Origin: Klebsormidium nitens
Taxonomy: Eukaryota; Plantae; Klebsormidiophyceae
Direction: 5' to 3'
Assembly: GCA_000708835.1 (NCBI GenBank)
Contig: DF237228.1
Coordinates: 1 to 64,000 of the forward strand
Length of the DNA: 64,000 nucleotides
The notes under the pieces are model-generated. The model ran no database searches. It was given only the letters and a program-made list of their open reading frames with translations, and was not told where the DNA came from. Shown here piece after piece: positions 22,466 to 33,308 of this stretch. Position numbers and translations under genes: made by a program. How positions within the stretch are numbered: position 1 is the stretch's first letter; every line of letters starts with the position of its first letter.

Positions 22466-23304
22466 TTGAGAATGTTGGTGCAAGAGTGATCCACTTAGGT
22501 AGATTGCCATTTTAAAATACTCCAACATTGTGATCTTGTAGAGTTCGAAAGCGATTCAATCATCTATCAATTGATCAATGGCATACGCTTTCTTGGTCAA
22601 AGTTTGTAGATGGGCTTTCCCATGTTGCTCATTGGTGCGACGTCAAGCGCGAGCGCTGCCATCTTCATGATCATTGTTATTAGACTCATATTCTCACTAA
22701 GTCTTCTGCGATCACTGCTACTGTATGGATGACGAATTGTGGCGCTCACAGCATGCGAGCTTGATTGCGCTTCCATAAAATCGAGTTTGCAATTGTGTCG
22801 AATGTTTTGTGCCTAAGCTTGAAGACGCATGGCCAATCTGCGTGCAGATAATTTGAGTTCAACAGAATTTGCAATACTATATGACAATATATACGGTTGC
22901 TTGCTCCGTCAGATTTGCAAGCCGTTGTTATTTCAGCAATATTGAAGTACGATCGAAAGTACGCTAGAACTAATCAATTGGCTTCATGATCAGCTCACCG
23001 TTGTGCCTCCAAGGGCATGTGTGCAGATCTCCTTAGTTAGGCGGAATGCAGGCTTTATTGGGTTGGTAGCATCTGCTCAGTAAGTCAAACATCCATCGAG
23101 GCTTAGCATGCGGCGCCGGCCGGATCTGTTGAAGCAATGGATCATTTTGAGCCGTCCGATGTCAGCACGGAACTTTTTATCGACGGGTACAGGTTGTTCG
23201 AGTGTTACATAGGCATGCAGATTCCCATAGCCTAGATTGAGAACGAACGCTCTACAGAGGAATTCGATTTATCAGGGCATGAGTGACGGTGCTCGGGGAC
23301 CAGC

Positions 23305-24205
23305 TGGCCCTGGGTACCGGTAAGATTACCTGTATTCCCGGTACCATCAGTGCGTGCAGATGGGGGACCTGTACCGCCATTCGTGTGGTCGGGGCCTTCG
23401 GCCCCGATGAAATTTTAGCTCTGTACGCCGCCGCAAGCGGCAGCGTGTTGGGGGGCAAGCCCCCCCAACACACCGAAATTTTTTTAGCGTACTGAAAATT
23501 GCCGTCGGTTGGTCCGCCGGCCTCGTACTGGAGTTACACTCACCGCCGGCGGCGGTCGCGGAGTACACAATCATTGCTGAATTTGGTGTCAACAAGCCTC
23601 AATCTTGAAATTCGAGTGCGGACCGTTGCTGATATTTTCTGCTACATCTACGGCTGAAAATTGCTCAGCCAACTCAATCATGCAGATGGCATGCCGAGCG
23701 CAGTACAGTGTGCTGCCTTTCTAGTTGGCATGCCATTTTCTTGCTGTCCAGTGTGCGCCCCAAATGCGCGCGAGCGTACGCGTTATTGAAAATGGCGAAA
23801 GCCTTCGTCATGGAACCGTGCAAAGCCACAGTACGACGTTGGAAATTAGTGCCGACTCCGCTCTGTGTTTTCTCCGGCGGTTCAATTGGCCGCCGCAGTA
23901 CCTTTAAAGATGTCGTTGTTCTGGGCGCGAGAAGATGGCGGCGCGATCGCATTTCCAGGAATTTCACTCGGGCATTGTAAAACTGATGTACGGTTTCGCA
24001 GTTTTGCTCCTCGCCCTCAAATATCGGCTCGCCGTTTGGCACCAGAAAGTTCGTACAGCATATTCTGACTCGTTTGTCGTATTCTGCACGTCTAGTCGGT
24101 CGGCCGACTGTCGCGGGGCGTACAATGGGGTTTCGCACGTGTGTTAAGCTGTCGCAGACCGTCGATTGTAATTCCGGTCTATTCCAGGGTACCAGGGGGT
24201 ACCCC
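23305..24205. repeat. Hairpin-rich repetitive element fragment, partly homologous to about 15130-15640
   Basis: GGTACC-rich ends. Perfect hairpins CGGGGCC-TTC-GGCCCCG (about 23390-23406) and GTGTTGGGGGG-CAAGC-CCCCCCAACAC (23445-23471). 23720-24130 aligns in direct orientation to 15220-15630. Confidence 0.45.
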
Positions 24206-24301
24206 TGTCGCGTGGGTATGGTTTTCGTTTACTTTGTGTCAAGACCGTGGGTGACTCGGAGAGCCTCATAGGGTTGTTACACTTGAGCGAGAACTCGAGA
24301 A

Positions 24302-24809
24302 AAGTCTCCAACCGGGACGGCCCGAGCCCGATGAGGCTCAGGCAAATGGCCTACCTTTGGCCTACAGTACAATGTAAGTGGTTACATTGCCCAAATTTTG
24401 CGGCTGCCGGGGGCCCCGATTTCGGTCGGGGGCTCGGGCAAATGTCGAGTCGGGTTGTAAAGTACCCGATCTGAGGGGCATCGGGCTGTGGGCAACCCGA
24501 TCAAAGATTTCTTACAGGCTGAGGTCAGCCGGACCTCCGGCTGATGCCGGGGTCTCGGGCTGTTTTTCGATCGCAAAATCTCTAACTCAACAATCCTATC
24601 ACCGGGGGAGAGGAGGCGGCCGGTGGGCCCGGGCAAGCGGCCAATAAGCTGCCCGGCCCGGCCCGTTGTCTTGGCCGGATACTCAGGTACGTTATACCGT
24701 TTACGCAGAGTGCAAGCCGTTGATATTCCAGGTGCCATTTAAGTGCCAAATTTTCGTATCGTGGGACAAATTTCCATAACCAGTCCGGTGGCCCGTCCGG
24801 TGGGAACTT
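24302..24809. mobile_element. Possible degenerate MITE with GGCCCG-rich subterminal motifs
   Basis: AAGTCTCCAACCGGGACGG at 24302 versus the reverse complement of CCGTCCGGTGGGAACTT ending at 24809. Many CCCG/CGGG motifs inside and no TSD. Confidence 0.3.
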
Positions 24810-25639
24810 ATACACTGACGCAATTATTCAACCAGCTAGTTCAGTTTCTTACCCGCAACCCTCGCAAATGTTGCAAGCAAACCCGCAAAGATTACAGATT
24901 CACAAATTCATCAGAACTTTAGTATTGCAAAACCACCTATAATGATACATTATAGCTCCTGTAACTTCTGATAAAAAATTGATTGGCATCACGATATGCT
25001 GCACCCGGCAACCCCTTGCGTTTGTACGCGGGCCGTGACGGGGGTAACCGCCGCGAGAGTGGCCGATTTCATATAACGAATTGACTAAGCTGGTGAATTT
25101 TCGATACAAAACCTCTGTGCCAATTCTGTGGCCTTGATTGTTTGGTTCTAATTTTGGCACTGATTTTATTGGTAGACTTTTAGAGGAGGTGCAACTCTCC
25201 GGGCTCCGCATTTGTCGGATAGGCTCCGCGTTTCCCGGCACGTAAGGAACGTCGGTCGGTAGGAGTCTGGACCAGCTACGGTATAACGCGACGTTCTTCG
25301 TCGAGCTTTCGGAAGCGGTTAAGTTTTGGGTTTGTTTATAGGCCGTCATCTGCGCGCATGACCTCGGGTTAGCGCCCTAGAACCCATAATCTACAAAGGT
25401 ATAACCACACAAAGGCAAGCCACTGTTCCCCGCACCGGGGAGCAGATCGGTTTACCGCTTGTTCGGATTTCCAAGTCGGAAAAGTTCGGCTGCTTTGCTC
25501 CTCTTGTCTCACTGGTGCCGCCCCCCTAGTTGCTCCGACTCTGGTTATCGGAAAGGTCAGACTCAAAGCCTACGCAAGTCGGCGGACTGGGCCTCTTTCC
25601 GGGGCTCTACACTCTGGGTCTTCGTAGCAGGGCGCCAGC

Positions 25640-27633
25640 ATGGGTACGGTCTGGTTCATGGTGGCTCATCCATGGCGTTGTTGAGGGTTCAAAGAACAGG
25701 TGTTGCATATGCCTGGCTGCGTTAGCAGCCCTTCCCAAATTGTTCCTGGACAATCCGCTTGGTCATGTTGCTAGGGAGAGTGGCAACCGTTGGGGGTGCT
25801 TCTGGCCCCTGGTAAGGTCAGCCACATTTTCCTGATTGTCTCCTTGTTTTTTCTTGCAGGTATTTCTCGTGATTCCACGCATAAGCGCCGTCTGACGGGA
25901 GGCAAGAAGAAGTCATGGCGCAAGAAGAGAAAGTGAGTGCGCCCCAGTTGCGCTTGCTGAGACACGATTGCAAAATCATTGAGGGGCAGGCCTCGGTCTG
26001 TCTGTGCATCTTGTTTGGGGCGGGCAAACCATTACCTGAAGTTTGAAAGGTTGAGTGTGGATGGGCGCCCTTTTGCGGGTGTCTGGAAGGGGGTCGTGTC
26101 CGGTGGCTCACCGCTTTGGCAGAGGAGGCCAGGACGTGCTGCCCGCGCAGGAATCAGCATTCGTGATAATGGTTGGCTGCTTAAAGGATGGTTGGACCCT
26201 CTTCGCCTGTGGGCCTGTGCCTGTTCCGGGGAGCCAACCATTACCGTTTGTGTTTCACTGTCCCCGCAGTCAAGAGGTCAGCATCCCCAGGCTGCTGCTA
26301 GATCACACCGGTTGCTTTGCCCCTTGTATGTGCGCCTGCCGCTGTGTGTGATCCTGCGGGGCGTGCGCGCAGGTATGAGCTGGGCCGGCAGCCGGCCATG
26401 ACCAAGCTGTCGAGCCACAAGACAGTGCGGCCGGTCCGTGTGCGGGGGGGGCACCTCAAGTTCCGCGCTCTTCGGTTGGACACGGGCAACTTCAGCTGGG
26501 GCAGCGAGGCGGTGGCACGCAAGACGCGTGTCCTGGACGTGGTGTACAACGCGAGCAACAACGAGCTGGTGCGCACGCAGACGTTGGTCAAGAACGCCAT
26601 CGTGCAGGTGGACGCCACGCCCTTCCGGCAGTGGTACGCACAGCACTACGGCGCGGAGATTGGCAAGAAGAAGGGCAAGACGGTTAAGAAGGAGGGCGAG
26701 GTGAGGACGGGCTTGCGAAGCGCTCTGCAGTAAGCCACAGCTTGATTTGCAAGGAGCAGGGGCAGGGAAGGGGGGCTTTTCGAGTGATGTCTTTGTGGTT
26801 TCACTTGGTACCCTCCTGCTGCTGTCAAAGCACCAAGTATGACAGCCGCTGGCCTGCTTGCCCACAGTCATGGAGCCTAGACGTTGTGTTGACCAATTTG
26901 CTGTTCGCTGCAATGCACACATCAGTAGAGGCCACTCCTGCTTATTCTCTTAACTGGATACAGAGGTGTTCAACAAGGGATTTCTCTTGGAGGGCTGCGA
27001 AAAATGCATGGTAGACAGCAAATATTGACCCTGTAGCAGGAGGATGAAGGGAGGGCTTCTGCCAAACCTCATCATCACCTAGCCAGAAAAGGGGGGCGGC
27101 CTGCCCGCTCAGTTTTTATCATGTAGCAGAGCATCAAGGCGGATTGCTGACAGGGAGAGCTTCGCCTTGCTGACTCTGGGCTGCGTGGGTGGGCGCAGGA
27201 GGAGGAGGTCGCGGAGAAGAAGAGCGCGCACGTGGAGCGCAAGCTGGCCAAGCGCGCGGAGGGCCAGAAGCTGGACCCCAACCTGGACGAGCAGTTTGCG
27301 GGGGGGCGCCTGCTGGCCGCCATCTCGTCACGACCCGGCCAGTGCGGCCGCTGCGATGGGTGAGTGGGCGGGGCACAGATAGGCGAGGCTGCTGGCGGGG
27401 GGCGTGCGCTACTAGATCAGGGACCCACAAGCTTTTGGGTGCACTTGTGTGCACCCAGAGCTTCCCTGCAAAATAGCGGGAATGGGTCAAGATCTCTGTT
27501 GCGTCAGTCAGCAGGGGTTGGGGCCTCACCTGTTTTCTGTTGCCTGGTGTGCAGGTACATCCTTGAAGGGAGGGAGTTGGAGTTTTACTCAAGGAAGCTG
27601 CAGAAGAAGAAGAGCAAGGGGGCCTCTGCTTAG
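25640..27633 (+). CDS. RPS8: 40S ribosomal protein S8 (eS8), 5 exons
   Basis: Exons 25640-25643 (ATGG), 25860-25932, 26373-26700, 27199-27359 and 27555-27633, all GT-AG. They give [38 protein letters not shown]...[29 protein letters not shown]. Confidence 0.97.
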
Positions 27634-28796
27634 AAGGACCAAACATTATGTACATTGTGGTGTGACTTCATCGGGGGGCTGCCTGTTGACTTCATTTGCC
27701 ATTCTTTGGTGCTGAGGCACCTCCCAGGCGATTTCGAGCGATTTCGAGCTATTTTTCTGCTTGTCAATGTTCATGGTTATGATATCGTTAAGTCAATGGA
27801 TGACGGCGTTGAAGTTTCATACTTGAGCAGTACGGAAGGATCCGTACTCAGAAGTGCAAGATTCTGCATTTGTGAGTGTGCTTGTTATGCTGACGTCCCA
27901 ATTGATGTTTGAGCCGGCCGGAAGCTTCTGTGTTAGCATGGTGTCGACAATGGAGCAATGCATGAGCCCGCAGGATGACGGCGGAGCATGGCCCGCCAGC
28001 TCGCCCACTAGTGGAGCTGGTGAAGTTGTAGGTTGAGCTAGGCGCCCCATGATTACCCTGGCCCTGTGAATGATGTCCTCTTTCAAACGCTGTAGCCACC
28101 TGGGCCGTAGGGGATGATTCCCTAATCGACGCGACTTGTAAAACCCATGCCCCAGATGTACAAAAAGGGACTGTAGCTTAGGTATATGCGCGGATTGTCT
28201 GCATGTTTATGTTTGTGGTGCTGAGATTCGTGCTCTTATTAGTCTTAATATCACCTGGAGGCGTCTCTGCAATCTCAGCTTTTGAATGAGGACATGTAGA
28301 CTTTCATCCCATTGATCCACATGCACGGGATAACCATGAGACATGCATGAGACCATCTTTTATAACGTTGCATGGTCGTAAATACAGAAATCCATGTCAT
28401 GGCGATTGGTAGGCAAATACTAGAGGGGCCGTATTTGAAAAGAGACCATTATACCTGCACCACTTTGATTGGCGTCTTCGCGGCTGGCTATCATGAGTGC
28501 TCTACTTGATTCGAGCCGAGCCTGTACAGAACAGGTCAAGGCCGAGGAACTCAGGGTTTGTAAAGAGAACATCATAGGTACAACAAGACGAGAATAACAG
28601 CACAACAGCTTTCATGTCATGAAGACAAGCACAGCATATACTATCTTTAGCTTTGCAGATCATTGGACGCATAAAGTACAATGTAACTGATCAGTGCCAT
28701 GTTCTTGTTTGAGTGAATTTGCTGTACAACTTGCATACATGGTAGCAGCCTTGATCTTTGGATTGAACGGGGTCAAAAAAGTACCACGACGAAGCT

Positions 28797-31708
28797 TTAA
28801 AACGAGATGAGGTCCTCCTTCTTTTCTTGCTTGGCTTCAGGTGCAGCCCCAGGCTCCTTCTTGCCAAAAATCATCTCATCCAAGTCCGCCAACGCCTGAT
28901 CATCCCCAGCCTGCGCATGGGGACAGGACGTCATCACTTGAAGTTAAGATTTATATGGAGTCAATGAGGGTCAGATGAAGGAAGCGGTAAGACCTAGGTA
29001 CCTGCAAAGCGCTCGGAGCACACCGATCACAGTGACGTGCTGGGGAAATAACTCGGCGGCTGCAGCCCAGGTCGCCACCCGGCCAAGCGGGTGTGCCGCC
29101 AAGCGTGCGCCAGGCACACCCCCCTATCCCCCTGCTGCGCTGTGCGCCCTCACCTGCTGCGACCGTGCGGCCTTGTGCCCGTTCTTGCGCACCAGCCCTG
29201 CCTCGTCGTCTTCCTCGTCCTCGCCCAGCAGGTCCGCATACACTGCCGCCTGGGCCGCCGCCGCACCGCTGCCTGTGGTGCCCGTCCCCTGGGCCCCTGC
29301 ACCTGCGCTGGCCGGGGCCGCGGCCGCCTGCGGGGCAGCTGCAGGGGAGGCGGAGGGCGGCGCTGCGGGGCCTGCCAGCTCGTCGTACTGCAATGGCCAC
29401 GCAGGAGGGAGGCAGGTCAGAGGTGGCCAGCGGGCCTTGCTCCCTCCGATTCGAAGAACTGAGCAGCATCGGCAGGGCCATGGCTCATGCGAAGACTCTG
29501 ACGGAGCTCGCCCCCTCACCCGAGACTGCCCCTCTTTGCTCCAGAGAGTTGCTCGAATCACAGGCACACATCTCAGGCTCCACACTGCTGCCACGGTGCC
29601 CCACCAGAAGCAAGTGCAAGTCTAGGGCAATGGCGGTCCGGGCCCAAGGCGTGGACGTGCGACTCCCCGATACCGCCCCTGGCGCGGTGGCCTCTGGCTG
29701 CGGCTGCTAGACTGACCTTGGAGAGGCACTTCTGGAGGTCGTCGTTCACGTTGAGCGCCTCGAACAGCACCGCCTCGTTGGTGTCCCCCGCCGCCTGCAC
29801 GAGCGCCTGCACGTCGCGCTGGCTCGCGCGCACCTGCGCCACCAGCGCCTGCGTCACCTCATCCTGGAGGGCATCCCCCGCAGGCGACGACGTCAGCACC
29901 GTGTCCAGCAGCTCGCGCGCATTGCGGGCCACCTCAAACACCGCCACGCTCCGCGCTGCCACGTCCGCGGGGGCTTCAGCGGGGGCGCCGTCGCCCGCAG
30001 GCGCTGGGGCGGGCGGGGTTGTGATGGGGGCCGACTGGGCGGGCGTGAAGATGGGGGCCAGGCTCTCGGCATCGCGGCCGGGGAAGCGCACCCCCTCCGC
30101 GCGCAAGCTCTGCACCGGGGAGGGGGGGCGGTGAGACAGGCGCAAGGTCCCGGTAAGTGTGTGAATGCAAGAGAAGGGCCATTCCCGGGCCTGCCTGAGA
30201 GCAGTCGCGCAGTCACGTAGCGAGGGTCGCTCGCGGTGCCCGACTAACAGAAAGATAAATGCAACTTCGGCATGCCGCACACTCGGCCCCTTACATCCCT
30301 TGACCCTGTTTGTTCCCCCCATCGCCCCACCAAGTGAGAGGCAGACGGGACAGCGGGCAGGAGTTGTCCGCCCCGGGTGGCCAGTGGCAGCGCTCACCGC
30401 GAGGGTCTCTGCGAAGATGGGCAGGTAGCGCAGCTCGTCGGTGGCCTCCCCCCAGGCCTCAATCAGGATGAGCGCCTTGGTGCTGTTGGGGTTGCTGCCG
30501 TCGCGGCCAAGCGCCACCAGGTCGTCCAACACGCCCGCGGCGGCCACGTCCGAGAAGAGGCCCTCGCAGTTCTTCACCAGCGTCTCCAGCAGCACCAGCG
30601 CCAAGCCCTGCGCACGCCAGATACGAGTGGGGAGGGTCCGGGGGGGGCACAATACTAAAGAGTGTTTAAAGCCCATCTTACTCGACGATCTGTCAAAACA
30701 GACCCGTGAGCTGAGGTTGCTGGATGTGATTGCAGCACTGAGGTTTTTGGCGTGTTTGGTTGACAATGATGTATCCATTGGTGCAGAAAACTGAAATGTA
30801 CGGTAGTTCAAAAGGTGGCCACCTCCCCAAGGAGAAGGGCACCCCATCCCGCTCTCTTCCTTTTGGCGCCTCACCTGCGCCCGGTAGTCGCGCGCCGCCA
30901 GCCGCTTCTTGACCGCCAGGGTGACCTCCTGCCCGCTGGCCTTCTGCGCGTTCACCAGATCACAGATGGCCAAGCTCTTGGCCCAGTCGGGCCCCTCCAG
31001 CTTGTCGGCCGTCGCATCCTGCACCATGGCAAGCACGAGGAGCAGTCAGAGGGGCCCTGCTGCGCCACCACAGGGTGCGCATCTGCCTGCGATGGGCTCC
31101 ATGTCTGCAGCTGGATCAGCCATGAGTAAGGTGCAGTCCCCAAGGGCCAGATTGCGCAAAGATGTTGCAGATCAGGATCTCAGCGGGGGATGCAGGCCAG
31201 CAGGGGGGACACCATTGAGGGCAGGCTATCTGAGGGTGCGCCCCGCAGGCACTGACCTCCACCAATTTCTCAGCAACTGTTGGGGTCCTGCACGGGGAGG
31301 ACAGCAAGGCTTCATTGACAAAAATGCATCTGCTCAACGCTCTGGCTTTTTGGCGTGACTTTTCGTGGAATCAGAGACAAAGCATTTAGACCACGAGCTT
31401 GTTTTCCCTGTACAATTAGAAACTGAGAGAAGACCTGCCTTTCACGGATATGCGAGGTTTTGTATAATTGCAGAAATCCAATTTGAGTACCTGAACAAGT
31501 CCTTCATCTTTGTTGTTGCAAGGGTGAGGTGGTCACTGAAGCTCTTCTTCCCGCTGGTGCCCGCCTTCTTGCTGTCCTGGGCGCCAGCGGCCTCGCCCTC
31601 CGCATCACCAGAGGAACTGGATGCACCCAATCGAGTGAACCCCTCATTGAATCGCTCGCCCAACTTGGAAAAGCCATCCGAAAAGCGATCCTTGAAATTA
31701 CTGCCCAT
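28797..31708 (-). CDS. TOL1: TOM1-like VHS-GAT ubiquitin-cargo adaptor (plant TOL1 type), about 7 exons
   Basis: Spliced product has KMKDLFRTPTVAEKLVEDATADKLEGPDW (VHS), LALVLLETLVKNCE, KALILIEAWGEATDELRYLPIF, GVRFPGRDAESLAPIFTP, GAT LFEALNVNDDLQKCLSKY and C-terminal EDLISF* (stop 28797-28799). Confidence 0.92.
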
Positions 31709-32291
31709 CTTGACCCCAACTATTTTTGCTTCTGCAAAGTGAGACAGAACACGAGGATACGGACCAGGATAGGATCAAGCGGAGACAGCTCCAAATTAGG
31801 CAAGTGCCAGGACGTGGCAAGGATTCTAAAGCAGGCCCGGCTCAAAGAGTGTATCTATTTAGTGGAGTCGCCGTGAGTTGGGATCAGCAAGATGAATGCG
31901 CAGTTCTGAGTTCACATCACGCAGTGCTCGAGTCATATCACGTCCGCCGCCTTCATCATCATCATTGGGCAGGAAGTAAGTTCCAAAACCTAGGTTTTGG
32001 AACTTCCAAGCTCAACTGTCGATCAGGTTCAACTTCACAGGCTCAGTGCGCAGCGCCGTTCGGGTGTGACCGTCCGACAGAATCCGAGTCTCAATCGGAC
32101 GGTCACGAACCGTCTACATCCAGCTGTATTAAATCCCGCACTAGTTCCTGCGCCACACGCAAAGCCTGGATTCCGTTCAATTTCGAGTCATGTGCCTAGT
32201 TAGTACTACCGTAGTCCAACGTGATGATTCCGAATAAATAAATAATTATCTGCGTTCGGAAAGTCAGAAATTCGGATTTCCCATTCGGATA

Positions 32292-32944
32292 NNNNNNNNN
32301 NNNNNNNNNNNNNNNNNNNNNNNNNNNNNNNNNNNNNNNNNNNNNNNNNNNNNNNNNNNNNNNNNNNNNNNNNNNNNNNNNNNNNNNNNNNNNNNNNNNN
32401 NNNNNNNNNNNNNNNNNNNNNNNNNNNNNNNNNNNNNNNNNNNNNNNNNNNNNNNNNNNNNNNNNNNNNNNNNNNNNNNNNNNNNNNNNNNNNNNNNNNN
32501 NNNNNNNNNNNNNNNNNNNNNNNNNNNNNNNNNNNNNNNNNNNNNNNNNNNNNNNNNNNNNNNNNNNNNNNNNNNNNNNNNNNNNNNNNNNNNNNNNNNN
32601 NNNNNNNNNNNNNNNNNNNNNNNNNNNNNNNNNNNNNNNNNNNNNNNNNNNNNNNNNNNNNNNNNNNNNNNNNNNNNNNNNNNNNNNNNNNNNNNNNNNN
32701 NNNNNNNNNNNNNNNNNNNNNNNNNNNNNNNNNNNNNNNNNNNNNNNNNNNNNNNNNNNNNNNNNNNNNNNNNNNNNNNNNNNNNNNNNNNNNNNNNNNN
32801 NNNNNNNNNNNNNNNNNNNNNNNNNNNNNNNNNNNNNNNNNNNNNNNNNNNNNNNNNNNNNNNNNNNNNNNNNNNNNNNNNNNNNNNNNNNNNNNNNNNN
32901 NNNNNNNNNNNNNNNNNNNNNNNNNNNNNNNNNNNNNNNNNNNN
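32292..32944. other. Assembly gap (N run)
   Basis: Run of N between the divergent TOL1 and ACHT genes. The left edge carries repeated TTCGGA/TCCGAA motifs. Confidence 1.
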
Positions 32945-33308
32945 AGGTACCTAGTAGCTGCTGCTACGGTACCTAGCCAGCTGGTCCCTGAGGCTGGACT
33001 CTGCATGGAGGAGTTCTTTCTTCAGAGTGAGATAATTCGGCTCAGACAGATAGCGCTGCGCTTTATCGAGTCTCCCTCTCCTTCGTGATAGCCTCCTGCA
33101 ACCTAAGCCTTAGTAGCCTAAAGGAGCCCTGCCTTTGATTCTAAGCCCGAGGTCGAGGCCTCTGATTACATTGACAAGCTCGTTTGCGGCGACATCGTTG
33201 CCAAGCTGTGCCCTATGCTGCGACAATCCTGCAGCAGCCTGCAGGTATAGCGTAATACTCCCTAGACAGGGTGGACTGGGCATACACTTGCCAGGTAACC
33301 CAGATTTC

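Noticed and set aside
26701-27198. Possible intronic snoRNA in RPS8 intron 3
   Set aside because: Only imperfect C boxes and no terminal stem or identifiable guide sequence.
31021-31065. Apparent frameshift in TOL1 near CAGGGCCCC (QGP-like)
   Set aside because: Resolved by a small exon (about 31289-31259, RTPTVAEKLVE) and the acceptor just before DATADK. The QGP text is intronic.
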